From: Fimbriosthenelais zetlandica
Lineage: Eukaryota
Assembly: GCA_977030845.1 (NCBI GenBank)
Contig: OZ365115.1
Location: forward strand, 12,834,001-12,898,000
Direction of reading: 5' to 3'
Length of the DNA: 64,000 nucleotides
Notes under the pieces: generated by a model
The model's database searches: none
What the model was told of the DNA's origin: nothing
What the model saw: the letters and a program-made list of their open reading frames with translations, nothing else
In this document: positions 35,771 through 49,500 of the stretch, one piece after another
Layout of the letters: every line of letters starts with the position of its first letter
Numbering within the stretch: position 1 is the stretch's first letter
Program-made: the position numbers and the translations under genes

Positions 35771-36060
35771 TTAACTCTCAGACAGATAAAGAGGAACTTT
35801 TGTCTGGAAAGAAAAACAGCCCCAAATGAAATGAAAACAGCTCAGTGTTGCAACAATGCAATTGCAAAACCAGAGTCTTAGTGGTCCCACGGGGCCGGGG
35901 CACAGAGAGAAGCATGGCTTATAGACACCATACACTGGCAGCTGGGCCTGTTTATAACAAGGTAATCTGCTCCTGCCCACTGGCTTCTGTTTCCTCACAC
36001 TGGGCGCTATTGTGAAGGAGTCTGAGAAGGCTATTATTTATACAAAGTCCCTCCACCATC
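35771..36060 (-). mobile_element. Decayed LINE endonuclease fragment
   Basis: GGGTLY (GGG at 36049-36057), then after a frameshift YGVYKP and FIWGCF within ORF 35771..35998; order and spacing fit GGGVxxY..GVYRPP..IxGDFN. Confidence 0.45.
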
Positions 36061-36939
36061 TACAACTCCCTATAGGCCAGAGCAACTCTCAAATGCTTGG
36101 ATAGAAGCTGCAGAAGTCCCCGAGCAATTCCCACCAAGATTACGCTGAACTGTGGGGGTCAGCTGGTCTTAGGCTACAGACAAAGAGTTTCCCATCTGAC
36201 AACTTATCTGGTATTTTCCTTCAATCATCCCGGTGAAATTTGTGAGGAGCAAAGCCAAGTTGTATTGGACTTATTCATGAAAGGGGAGTTGGAGTCGGTC
36301 TTTCAGGTTCAACATTTTAACCTTCTTAGTAGAAGACGAACTGATAAAGTTTTATATTTGAAAGTGATGAGACAAAAGCTCTTAGATCAGTACTCTGTTA
36401 CCCTTTGAACACTTCAATCATGGAATCAAACTAGGATAGAATTCATCTATTGTAAAAGGTGAGAGATTCAGGGAGAGATTCCTGCCAGACTCACTGTGCT
36501 TACTTTTATATTCTTAAAGAGGCATGCGCAATGGGTCTCAATTCTACAGTCAGATATGGTTATATTGTTACATTTATAAAAGTAATTAAAGGACATAAAT
36601 GTCCTTATTTCGCAAATTTGTTATCAATTATCCATGGGACGACGAGTGTCATTAAAAAAATGACCCCTGATGATCTACACTAGACACTTACACAGGTACT
36701 GCATCATACATACATGACCCAAAAGACGCCCAGGGCAAGACCAAAACAAGAATTCATCCATCACAACTGACACTGAAGTAGAATATGACAAAACGGGGTA
36801 CAACCGATACAAATGACCCATATCATGGTCAAAATTGCTTACTCAGTGGGAAATATAGTTGTCTAGTATTATAGTCATGCACTTCTAAGTTAAAATTCAC
36901 TGTTTTTTACAAGACAGATCCATTTGATAGTTAGGCCAT

Positions 36940-37093
36940 AAGTGGTGGACCCATTTTGAATCCAGGGTATGAGAACCCTTCTCCCCTTTCAGAGATATTT
37001 TTGTCGCATAAGACCTGACCCGCGACCCCGTTCACAGGACTAATATTCATGATTGACCCCCATCCCCTTCATACAATCCTGGATCCGCCACTG
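36940..37093. mobile_element. Short MITE-like element, best copy
   Basis: Right end ATCCTGGATCCGCCACTG (reverse complement CAGTGGCGGATCCAGG) versus left end AAGTGGTGGACCCA (11/14 match); core CCCCTTTCAGAGAT shared with the 5693 and 39125 copies. Confidence 0.5.
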
Positions 37094-39124
37094 GCAGTAG
37101 ACATGGAAATGTCATTACAATAATTGAATATACACTATTCCATACTGTATTCTAATATGGCAAATCTTCCTACTAATACACCCATTGAACCTGTTGAGCT
37201 CATATATCTTTAATTCATTTTTTTCTTAAAGAATGCAGTTACTATATTAAGATCACGTCTAAAGTCTCCTACGCCCGACTCGAATTTTATACAGGAGTAT
37301 ATTGAGTTGGTATAAGTAAGTTAGATAGTATACAAGCTATAGTGAATCCATCCACCCACTTTCATACAATAGATTGAGTTCTGCAGCTAGTCGAACCACA
37401 CCCCAAAGCCCCCTTCTTATTTATTTTCTTCCCATTCTCAAGTCTTCGGGGATATAGTCATAAGACCCTCTGTCTTAGATTGCCACTGACTGACTTTGAG
37501 GGTTTAGATATTATTTCTTAGATGTAGTGCTGTATTGCCTGTGAGTGGAATAGATTTCCATGCACTCACCAAGCTAAATGATCTAGCTGTACAATACTGT
37601 ATTGTTAGGTGCACATTAAGAAAGAGGAGGAATGAATAATATATTCTATACTGACAATGGCGTGTCTCATCTAATGAAATATAAGCAATGAGTCTCGATT
37701 TACCTGATGCGCTATTATATAGGCCTACATTAATTTGTATCCAAATACCCTTTTGTTCTTGGAGGCAAAATCTCCATACTTTTTGTCAAACAATTTACAT
37801 CCAGTAAACACAAGTATTGCAACATCGTCTCAAACATATTTTGTCTAGTGGGTGCAAGTAAGCTAAGCACTTATTTTCCAAGGTCTAAATGAGCTAATAA
37901 TGCATTTTGAGTATGTAAAACACCATAAGCTGCACAAAGCATTTGCATGACATCCAACGAAAAAAACTTTCCCAAGTAATCCTTGGATTTGCTTGAGCTT
38001 TTTCCCAATGCATGTTACATGGATGGATGGAGTTCAACTGCCACTCTGGCTGCACATCTCCAGATTATTTCCACCATAAATCAGGTGACCCTGAGGGACC
38101 ACCTGCACCAACGGAAAGGGCCGGAAGGTTATTGTTAGGTGGAGGGGTGGTGAATAAAGAAGGCATCAACCGGTGGATTACTTGGTGGTATGGCAGAGAG
38201 AAGAAACCACTCTCCGGGATTCAATCTATGGTCTAGTCCGCTCTAAAGGCTATACAGTGGTAGATTCTAGTACTTTACCAGTACTTTAGATATGAATCTA
38301 TAGGAGCTGAAACTCCATCGGTCCCCCTGTGATATCGCTTAGTCCCAACCTGGGAAAGGTTTCAGAGCTATTTAAAATTAAAATGGCAAGGATAAGTTTC
38401 CGTGGAAAGTGTCTGGTATTATAGATTGCAGCCAAAACTTCAGTGTACAGCATTGAATAGGCTAAGATGATTTGTAAATCAGATAATAATCGGTAAAAAA
38501 TGACTGATAGGATCTTTTCCATACACTCATTGAAGTGGCTCTCATATGCTTCTCAATGCTCCTGATTCACAATGTCAAACTTCAACTGCAGCAGCAGAAA
38601 TCTTCAGTGGGGAAGCGATTATAATTATATTAGTTTTCATATGGAAACACTGCCCTAGACTAAGAAAACATTGTCATTTATGTCAAAATCTACAGAACTC
38701 GATAATTGAAATATCTCGATCGAAAAGGTTAGCCAATGTTATTTGTTTCGCCGGTGTTCCGTTCGTGGTCTTCAGTTTTCATTTTAATCAGTTTTCTATT
38801 TTAGTTTTAATCTTGCAGCAAGATGAAGATAATGCGTTGAACTTTCTTGCCAATAAGTTTCAAGGCCATTGGTTTTATTTTTGTGAATGATCATTCAAAA
38901 TCTTAATCTTGGTTTTATCGTCTTGAACTGGATGACTTTCTCAAAAGTTTAAGGTCAAGTAAGGACGCCTGAGTTAAATTCTTTCATCAATTATCCGCTG
39001 CATAAAGTATTCATAGATCAATATTCAAGGCAATTTCCCACACCAGCTTTGGACTAATCCATCACTCAACTTTCCTGTCAGTAAAATCTGTAATGTCATT
39101 CCGAAAGATTGCTATAGTTAGAAC

Positions 39125-39255
39125 GTGGGCTCGAGGGTTAGGACACCCTTTTCAGAGATGATTTTACATTTTACATTATTTTCTTCGTCACAAAGCTGGC
39201 CCCTACACCCTCCCCTGGCTCATATTCAGAGGACCCAGTCCTGGACCAGCCCAGG
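39125..39255. mobile_element. Short MITE-like element, copy 3 (decayed)
   Basis: CCCTTTTCAGAGATGATTTT core and GTCCTGGACCAGCCCAG right end resemble the 36940 copy. Confidence 0.4.
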
Positions 39256-40061
39256 CTGATTGGTGTGAACTAATACAGAACCCAGAAATATACTTATCAA
39301 CTGTATTAGATAATAACTCATGGACATATTATTATGTAATTCTTAATTGCACAAGGCAACACAACAACACGATGTAACACATCCATTTAAAGTTGCCCTG
39401 GCTAGTTTAGTGCTGTATTAGATCAGTCATTATTGCATCTATCTATGCATCTATCTATTCATGTATCTATGTCACTGCCTTTGTTTCCCCATGCGGAGGT
39501 TCCAACAATTTAGGTCGAGTTATCAATCGATTTATCTCTCCAAGTTGCCAAGCTTCAGTGCAATGATCATTAATCATGTTATATATCTATCAGTGGATCC
39601 CTCAGTAGAGTTTTACCAATTTCACTGATGTATCACTAATATCATCTGTGTCAAATATTCATCACATTATGTAAACTCATGCCATGAAACTATGAATTTC
39701 CATAAATATTGTGTCTATTTGAAAGCATCATCTCAGAGTTTAAAGCGACTATCGCAGAATTTTCCTTATTAGTTCATATTATTTCACTTTGGCAAAACAT
39801 TGGTAAGCTCTTATTCTCAAAACAGTCAACGCCCAAAAGTGAATCTCCACATCTCAGATTGATATCGATATCCTCGATATAATTAAAAGTTACCTCTCAG
39901 TACCCAACAGTGATAGAGCAGCTTTAAGAATAAGGTACCCACATACATCCATCAACCGAAAAAAAACCCAGCTCACTATTCATGCTCAGAATCCATCCTA
40001 CATGTAATTATGATTATTTAACTGTGGACTGGTAGATGGAATGGACCAGAAGATGGATGGT

Positions 40062-40080
40062 GGGGGGGGGGGGGGGAGGG
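40062..40080 (+). repeat. G15 homopolymer (G-quadruplex-capable)
   Basis: 15 consecutive G then AGGG; a C15 run occurs at 50231-50245 and a C-rich run at 8676-8693. Confidence 0.9.
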
Positions 40081-40419
40081 ATGTTTTTTTCTGTGGTTAG
40101 AGCATAGTGATTGAGGAGGAGCGATATTCCTCCAAATAGAGGCCATCCATTGACACGTGAGTGACATTGTGGGGTGTGGTGGTACCAGATGTGTGTCGAT
40201 CCATTACTCTATACCACACTGACACCTGGTGGCCAATGGTTGATGGCCAAGATGTTAATCAAAGGGTGGATATTAACACGTTTATGTATCACTAATGGGA
40301 AACTAATGGGAGATATCCATCATTGCGGGTGTTGTATCCACGGGCATTGTATAATCCCATAAACACAAACACTGATCTGAACGAGAGGAGCATGCAGAAA
40401 GTGCCAGAATAATTATAAA

Positions 40420-41360
40420 TACATTCTTACCTGAATTGACTGCCAAATTGTGCCAAGAACGAAGCAGGATTCCTCTGAACCATCCTGTTATTCTACGCCC
40501 CTGGATCCCAGCCATCTTTTGACCTTTCTTAAAAGTTTCCTACAAAAGAAAGACAAATCTCCTCAGAGTATTTTCAGTCAAAACTTGAAAATCCACTTTT
40601 TGTTCACTTGTCTGGGTTCCCGAGACGGTTTTATCAAGTTCCCAGAGAGGTCCTTTTCTTCCAGAATGAACCCAGGTGTGGGGACCCTGTGAGCAACCAA
40701 CCCAGATGACCAGCTGGGCCCCACCTGGGGAATTCTCACTGGAAATACTGTCATGTAAACATCTCATTGCCAGAGTAGCCAAGCAGTTAAAAGGTCAGCT
40801 TGAACAGCCCTGACCAACTTAAGCTGTCATATTGGTGTTGCCCAAGAACACTACATTATGCAAACAGGTTTACACTTGGGTGTCACTTGTCTGAAACCCA
40901 TTTTATGACATTTCCTAGGAGGTAACTCCTAAAAGATGAAACATGGGTGATGCTCGACACGAAGGCAACAACATTCACCAGGATCTAATTTATGATATGG
41001 GTTCAAATATCGCCGAATAAACTGGAAACCAATTTTGCCCCCACCCCCAACACACTTTCAAAGATATTTCTATTCTACTGAGGTCAAGGAAGATGCATTC
41101 GAAACCCATTTTAGAGTATCCCTTTGAAGAGAAACTCTCGGGTATAAAGAGATCAGAACTAAAGAATCCAAAATTGGACCCTGGTTGTTGGTGTTTAGCC
41201 AAAATGGTTCAGCGAGTGTTCGGCACATTCCTTGCCTTTGGTGGTGAACTGTCTGACACTTGTAGAGATCTAGTTGCAGTGAGTGAGAAACGCCAGATGT
41301 TTGCACGCAATACTTGGCAACCCTCCACCACAACCCTCATGTTGGCGGAAATGTTTGAGG
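40420..41360 (-). mobile_element. Decayed LINE (CR1/L2-like) reverse transcriptase remnant
   Basis: Collinear degenerate RT motifs: TFP..WRVAK..SG (FP..WKxAKVxPxFKxG), N*IS (NYRPIS), LAKH..NFGF (QFGF), CIFLDLS (FLDLSKAFD), FRSYL (40919-40933), GCSQG..GPLW (GVPQGSxLGPLL), VLTENT (LFADDT position) and WHNLAVNSGK (WxxNxLxLNxxK). Confidence 0.65.
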
Positions 41361-41580
41361 CTTTCAATTAGCCTCAGTAAGGAGATACTGAAGGTTAGCC
41401 CGAGAGCTCTACAGAAAACATGACACAAGGATACACTATAATATATTTCACACCCTTATTCCAGTAGTGGAGATTTACTTACATAAATACAACATGCATC
41501 ATAATGTAGTAATACGGTAAGTATAATACTTGTTTCAAATGAAAAGAAACAATGCTTCCAGGTTCAATAATGTTCAGTTT

Positions 41581-41949
41581 ACAATGTAGTATAGGTAAAG
41601 TAACCAATAACCCAGGAGATAACAATGTAGTATTGACAAAGTGACCAATAACCCAGGGAAAGACAATGTAGTATAGGCAAAGTGGCCAAGAGCCCAGGGA
41701 AAGACAATGTAGTATAGGCAAAGTAGCCAATAGCCCAGGGGATGACAATGTAATATAGGCAAAGTGACCAATAACCCAGGGAAAGACAATGTAGTATAGG
41801 CAAAGTGGCCAAGAGCCCAGGGGATGAAAATGCAGTATAGGCAAAGTGGCCAATAGCCCAGGGGAAGGCAATGTAGTATAGGCAAAGTGGCCAATAGCCC
41901 AGGGGATGGCAATGTAGTATAGTCAAAATGGCCAATAGTCCAGGGGTTT
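41581..41949 (+). repeat. Minisatellite, 9 x 41 bp
   Basis: Consensus ACAATGTAGTATAGGCAAAGTGGCCAATAGCCCAGGGGATG; nine head-to-tail units of exactly 41 bp. Confidence 0.97.
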
Positions 41950-43288
41950 TACAATAAGAATTAATGAAGTATAAGCAAGGTGTTGTAGATTTCCATCCTA
42001 TAATAGAAATTATCACCACTAAATTCTATTCTTCATGAATGCCAGCTTGGCCTATCAATTGCCTGTAAGACATGTTGCCTGATGAAGACAAAGAAAGCAG
42101 CTCAGTGGACATGCGGCTGTAGAACTGTCTTGAGAAAGGATCTGCTTCCAGTTCACGGAAATGAAAGAGATGGGCTTTATCTAATCAGTTTGTTAGTTTG
42201 ATGTGGGTAAAACATCACATCTTGTAGCAGAACACGAGAAGAAAACAGCCCACTACCCTGCTCTCCTCGACAGGCAGACAATGACTCTTTTACATCTCAC
42301 TGTAGACAGTGTCAGACCTTTGATAACTCAGTTAGGAGCCTTCTTCTAATCAGTAGTAAACATAACCAAACAAGACAAGACAAGCCAACCTAATTCTATA
42401 ACTGATGTTTATGTAGTCAGGAATGAAACAAAACATGTTTTCTTCCTTGTTTTGGCTACCTATAGACACAATGCTAGCAGTCTCATTACATTGTTAGAAT
42501 CTTATTACTTAGGGCAAACAGAGTCCTAATAGAAGAACCGAGAGGTGGGGTTCAGAGGGTAGATAGGATTATGCTGATTCCATCCAGGGTCTGACACCAA
42601 ACAGATATAGATATATGTGACCAGCTGATGCTCTGTTTAGCTGATGTCACTGTGTACAAGAAGGATAAATAAATACACTGGTGGTCTGCCCCCTCCAAGC
42701 TGACACCTGATGCCAACTTGTACTGAACATACTTCATTATAGCAACTATAGTATGTCCTACTGCACTCATGTATCGATGTTGCTCAATGATATTAAACAA
42801 TAATATTCTGTTATCAGTTTGATTTGAATCTTTGTCGAATATAAGTACATCAAAACCGAAATTGAAGTTGCAATTTCGATTTTGAAGTCTTTCGCAATTC
42901 CAGTTGTCAGACATTAAGCTTTAAGTCAACTGAGCAGGGATAGTTTGACCATTAACCCAGCAAAAGCCAGCAGGGGGGTTAAACCTCTAATTGAAATGAC
43001 CTATAATCTCCATTTCCACCGAGTTGTTCAGGGACTGATTGACGAATTAACGTCAAGAAAAAGTCACTGGGAACTTTCGATATTAGATTGAATTTCCTGC
43101 TGGGGGGATGACCAGAGCTCTAGGCTTATAATCGCTAGAAATATCCATGAAAATCAACGTTTTTACTACTATTCTTCACACAAACATTCACTTTATAATG
43201 GGCAAAGGCCAGCCGCTAAGCTCATGTTTTACCTTCAGGATGTACTATTTACAGGTAATGGGAAGGTGGTGTTGAGACTTGGCAAGCA

Positions 43289-43546
43289 GTGGAGAGCACA
43301 TTTAAAGTCAGTCAGGAAATGAGTCTGTCTACACGCTCATGGAGGCCCATCCATCCTACCCTGATTGTTGTGGACCTAAATGTCAACTCAGGGCGACTCT
43401 CCTTACTCTCTTATCACATTCAAAAAGAAAACAGTTTGTCTGCGGTCACACAAGATCAATTTACTCTCACGAAGGATCAAATCGTCCAAAATGATAGGTT
43501 TCAAATTACTGCTTCCACGACTCCACAATATCTGCTACAACTATGA
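43289..43546 (+). mobile_element. Possible LINE endonuclease fragment
   Basis: ORF 43289..43546 has PTLIVVDLNV (IIxGDxN-like) and TLTKDQIV (TxxxxQID-like); only two weak motifs. Confidence 0.25.
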
Positions 43547-46500
43547 TAGCAAAACGACATACATAACCGTATCTACCTTCTTACAATACTTTCAAACACC
43601 AATAATGTTTGATCCACCCTCATGAATCATCAACCCATGTTTATATGTACGTATGTATTATAGCATTCACATGAGTCTCAAGGCAGTTACCTTTGGAACT
43701 TTGGAACTTACTCATGCAGGAACTCAAACAAACACATGCAATGCTCGACAGATGAGTCCTTGAGTTAACAAAGGCTTTGTGTAGTTAGAAAGGTAAAAGA
43801 AGTCTTTTAAAAGTTCAATTAACTGCATTACTATGCCGAAAGGGACGTGGGAGGTGAAATCAATGGCTGAAGGAAAGCTAGACACTAAATATTTCATCAG
43901 GGAAAAGAGGTGGCTGTAGCTAGAGAGGGAAATTGGCAATTAGAGAAAAGGAAAACACCGTTACCTGAAGTTAACTACAGACATGGGCAAATCCAGTTAA
44001 TACTTTATTCATCTGACTGTCAGGATGACGAGAAACTAACTCACTAATAAGTCACTAGGGAGTTGAAATCTCCAAACTTCTCGCAAATCTGAGGAAGAAA
44101 TACTTTGGTATTAGATGGTTTTTTCCACAGATTTCAAAATTATGTTCTTCCATGTTCAGTGACGAATTTGAGATCAAGCCTTAATCATTAAATATTTTGG
44201 TCTGAGGCTGGTAATTAAGTATCAGTGCAAGTAGTGACGCATTGGTCAGTGGAGGATAAATGGATACAGGGAAAGAGTGAAGATCTTTTTCGATCTTCGC
44301 TGGCGCCTCCTTGAACGCCATCGAGGATTTTTTCTAACCAGAACGCTGTGTGGTTCCAGACTTCTATCACCTAACAGCCCACTCACTGCATCTGACCCAC
44401 AGCCACAGGAATCTTCTAGGCATTTCTCCAAAGTCACTGTGCTTTTAATAGAGAAAATAAGGTTCAGCACATATGAAAATGGACTATTCAATTATTCCAA
44501 TATAGGCCTACTATATCATGGGTAAATTTCTGGAAATAGATGCAGCAGACTCTGAAAAGTATAACTCTATAAGGTCAAGTCAAATTTAACCTTTCTCTTA
44601 AAGTGGGAGGTTGCATAAATTTACATCTATAACCATCTTTAGTCATTTGTAATGCAGGAGGCATGTACCCAGGCTTATCAAAGTTTTTCACGTTAGCGTA
44701 TACCTCAGAACAAGTCCCTGGATGTGCCACTGATGTGAGGGAGCATTTGAAACCAAGACATTTGAGTATGAAATTGTATACTCTTGCCAAGTGAAGAGTA
44801 TATATATTCTTCGATATCTTCATCTCCTTTTATATCTCTTTATATCCTACAACCCATCCCCTGAACCCCTCTGTGTCTCTCTATTCCCCTATATCCACAC
44901 AGTCCCAGTTTAATGCTAAATGTAATATAACATACGTTCCCTTTTGCATTGATCAATACAGAGGATCTAAAGCTATACGCAGCAATGCGAGATCCCCAAG
45001 CTTTGTTTTAAATCTAGTCTACATATACAAATAGTATCAAATCAGATGTATTTGTTATATCCGGGAATGGAGAAGCTAAATACTTGTGGCATATTGTAAT
45101 CTATATATGGCTACAGTATAGTCTATGATTGTAATTTGTTTAAAAGCTATGGGGCGAGCTCCAAAAGCCTAATTGTATTGAATTCATAGTTGGTAACAAC
45201 ACTGTTTTGGCAGAACATGGTGTACTCATTTCACAAGAGCCGGTGTTTCTATTTGAAATAGATACGTCACCCCCTCTGGGGCATATACAGTTACTGATTG
45301 TTTTGGGAGATTCTGAAGATTAGGATCAAAATCGGTGTGGAATATCATGCAGCTTCACTAAAACACTCCGAATTAATTTGCTTAAAACTTTGTCATCACA
45401 TCTGGAGTCACCAAAAAAGTTATCGATGGATACCATTTCATGATGCCTGGGAAAAATGTAACCAAAATGTGGCCAGGGAAAAAATGTTTAAAATCCAAAA
45501 TATGTCTGGGACAACATTGGTCTCATTATTATGGATAGTTACAATGGTTTATCCCGGACATTCTGGAATGACCAACATTGTATGTATCCAGTCCATACAG
45601 ATCTTATTTACGCTGGTTATATATTATAGAGAGAGATGGCTTCTATCACGCCATGAAGTCATCTCATCCCTAACAAAACATCCAGCTTATGGTATTCCTG
45701 ATAGACCTACGGCATACATCATAAGGCCAGGACAAAAACTGTTTCCTATCCTGCCTCTGACTATAAATTGTCAAGACCCTTTGTGATATTTTTGGAATTG
45801 CTGGAAAAACTACACAGGAATTGATATATTCTTTGATGTCTTCACATCAAAATATCTTTGCGAGGGCTTACAAGTGTGATTTGTACGAGCCCTCGTAGAA
45901 ATAAAATGATGAGATCATACAAGAGCTTCATGAGTTTCACACACAAGAGTTTCGCAATTCCAATGGATACAATTAAACCTCCCATGTGTGACGAAACTTA
46001 TGTGAAACTGCTGCATATTTTTTATAAATGATATATTGTTAGATGTATAGAAACAATTTATCTATTATTCGGCCTCAAGTGATAAGCAGCCTAACAAAGG
46101 ATTATTGGTGACCATGTGATTTCCACATTATCCATATTCTCTCCATATGCTCATGTGACCTCTGGTGACCCCTCTTATGGTCCATGGGTTATTGCATATT
46201 TACATGCATTACGTCAAGAGCGCTGGAGTTCTGTCATTATCATGGAGGGAACCAGGTTTTTTTGCTGGGACACCTTTGTTTGTGACCTTTTACATTGAAC
46301 TGAGTACCAATGATTCAGTGATGTAATTTGAACCGTTCGCTTTGAATGATTTGCTGTTGAAAGTTTCAATTTGCATTTGAAAACAAAACAGAATGAAATA
46401 CATAATACAACATGGATATGATATGTTAGGCGGCTCAAATTATGATCGAGATAGCCTTTTGTTATTTGTAATGTAATATATGAACATCATGTGGGTACTT

Positions 46501-49500
46501 CCCATTAAGCTATATGGTGTGTGGGTGATCTCATATAAAGCACATACTATGAACGATCTACCGGCACATGGACTCCATTTCCCATATCATCAGGACATTA
46601 GGGTAATTCCCCATCAATGAGACAAATGCTAGTGGAAAAATTGCATTGAATAAAACCTTTTTCCGTAAGTTCTATGAAAAAATAACCAAAACTAAACCAA
46701 ACACGATGTACTAACAACCTGAACCCACATTTTTTTAAATGGTTTTAAAGGACCCCTCCTGGTTCACGAGTGGTAGGTCGAGAGTGTGTGGACTCATCGA
46801 AGGAACCTATACAATGGAACGCAGCAGGTTGGCGGTAACCGGAGGGCAAATGGGCAAAACTGCAAGGGTTGGGGCCCAATACAGGGACTGGTCCTTCCCA
46901 GCAAGTGGGTCCAATCTGCAGGGGAAATGGACCCAATCCTCTTGGTGTAGATGGACGCCTTATAAGTGGTTTTATCATGAAGCAATAAAACTAGCAGCAG
47001 AGAGCTGGATTGGCTTATAGCCATGTGAGGTAAACAATAGTGACGCTTATATTGGCGTCAGGCATCAGGTTGATCCCCCATCCATCACCCTACATGTTGG
47101 TTCTCTATACGAGATGACGCCTCCACAGTATTATCCTTAATTCTATAACTTCACTATATATATCTCAAAGTCATTCCGCATTGAAATTAACCAGAATCAA
47201 TGAAATTTAACCTGATCCATAGCTTTTTCTTTCAATTAATTTGAGATAGTGAAACCACATTATTATTGTGTGATAGAATAAATAAATGTCACTATGAATG
47301 ATTGTGTGACTTAAGTGTTTACCTTATTTGGTTTCCCAGCGGTCTTGTATTGATGATGCATGAGGGAAGATTCTCAATTGTTTATGACATCGGATCCTGT
47401 GGAGAAGAAAATTAAAATGTTTAAAAACTCTTCTTCATTTATATGTTTTCCCCGGTCCAACTAAAAATTGCTGAAAGCAATCACATAATATTATTAGATC
47501 AAACAAAAAATGTATTTGTTGCATTGGACTGAACAATAATGAACTGCATTCGATACAACGAGAAATAAGTTTAAGTATGACATCAGCAGTTTTTCCATCA
47601 CCTGGCTTATTGTATATTGGAATAATAAGTATCATGAACAAGGCAAGTTGTAATTGGCTTATTTCGCCCACCACTGGGCAGATGCTATAGTTGATTATTT
47701 TGTTACTTTCGCTACATGGTTTATTGGAAGCAGGACAGACAAGCCTGATATATTACTTCAGTATCAGTGAGCCAAACAAGTCCATGTTTGATCAACAAGG
47801 CCGTCTCTGCCCGACCATCTTCCACTCCAGCCCTACCTCCAGTTTCCGTAGAAATCATCCCCGTGGCCATCCATCAAACAGAGAAATATAATTACATGCC
47901 CAGCCAACTACACCCAGAACAAATATCTCACAATGACTGGTGGGACCTGTTACATAAAAATACCTACCATGGACAGACTTGGTTATTACCCCGCCAAGAA
48001 TTCTTAGTCATTACTGATACATGAAACAGGCATAGAGTCTGTCTATATGAATATTTTTAGAACGCCAAATAATATAATTCCCTTTATAATTATATTTAAT
48101 CCATAAAATATATTCACTGCGAATATAATTACAGGGTGGGACTGTAATATTTACAGGACCATGATATGGGTCCATCGATTCAGTTCTGTAAAATCAGAAT
48201 AATATGAAGTACATGACCCCTTGTAAATTTCATATGACCTGCTGCAGCAGTACATAGACAAATAATGCAGATCATAGCCTTCTACAAAAGCTAGAGAACT
48301 CCTTTCACTCTTATATGCCAAATTTACAATGAAGATTTTCGGAAGGTCTCTTATTATGAAACAGGCTCTGATTTGGGTGAAACTCATATGTTTGCACTGA
48401 CAACTGCGTCCACTTTGTCATCATTATCTATGACGGTAGAACAAAGATCTTAAACTGCTTCTATTCTCTCTCAGACAGTCCTTGCCTCTTAGTTTAGGTC
48501 TGAGGTAAATCTGCCTCTACCACGGAGACAGCATGCACGGGGTATTTTGCCCCAGAACTGGTGTTAGTTTGTCGTGATTGCATTTGGAACGTAAACATGT
48601 GAATGGAAATTGAGTAAATATGGCCACAGGCCCGAATGTCATGAACCCAAACCCACGCCATTGAAGTACTCCGGGAGAAAATGTATCTCTATTTGCTCAG
48701 TGCCATTGTTTCATTAAGTGTAAATAGGTGTTTTGTATTGTTTTGTTCAAAATTATGCATAAGGTTATTTTATACTTTAAAAATGTGACCATTGCAGTTT
48801 GAATTTCGCGAGTTGCTCAAGCTCTGTAAGACGAACTCCGTTCTCCGTTATTCAAATAGAATTCCATTGCAACTTTAGTTTGGGTGAGTAGGAATATCCA
48901 TTTAAATGTGAACACAGAATATTTGCCAACAGAAATGACGAGAGCTACGAGGAGGGAATCCATTTAATATCAGTTTACTCTGAATCAATTCTCATTCATT
49001 TTTAGCTAACATAATTCATTCTCATAAAATCAAGCCTTTCTCTAATTTCATTAAAGCCCTGCTGTGGTTGCCTTGTTAATCAAAATCCAGCAAGAAACCA
49101 TTCGCAAATGGCGTCGTCTTAAAAATTCTGGAGGGAAATCATGATGAATCTTAACAACGGGGGCGTGGAGCAAGGCCATATTTGACTTAATGCACAGGCT
49201 GTGGACTAATGGCGGGGTTTTTCCAGGAACAATTTAATAATGGGTAAAGATTGGGAAGCACGGATTTAATAATCTGGGGAGGTTTTGTAGGAACAATATA
49301 ATAATGTGCAAGGATGGGCCATTGGCAGTATCTGAAATGATGTAATCATTCAGAATATTGAACTTACTCTGCTTACTCGGCTTACTCTCCTGAACTACTA
49401 ATACATAGTCAAGTGGATCCAGGAGTAAATCAATATTTTATTCAATTCAGGACTATTTCATGTCTCTAGTCAAATGGAAGATTTGATCATTCATAGTCTG

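Noticed and set aside
35771-41360. EN (35.8 kb) and RT (40.4-41.4 kb) as one LINE
   Set aside because: Both are on the minus strand, but EN lies downstream of RT, the wrong order for a single element.
41479-42019. Three overlapping minus-strand ORFs with repeating hydrophobic peptides (PGLLATLPILH..)
   Set aside because: Products of the 41-bp minisatellite; 41 is not a multiple of 3, so the same peptide cycles through all frames.
45298-45786. 162-aa ORF
   Set aside because: Overlaps a non-coding interspersed-repeat-type segment; no recognisable motifs.
46739-47020. LTR gag-like NPLGVDGR motif or 93-aa ORF
   Set aside because: A single short motif with an in-frame stop upstream and no following CCHC knuckle.
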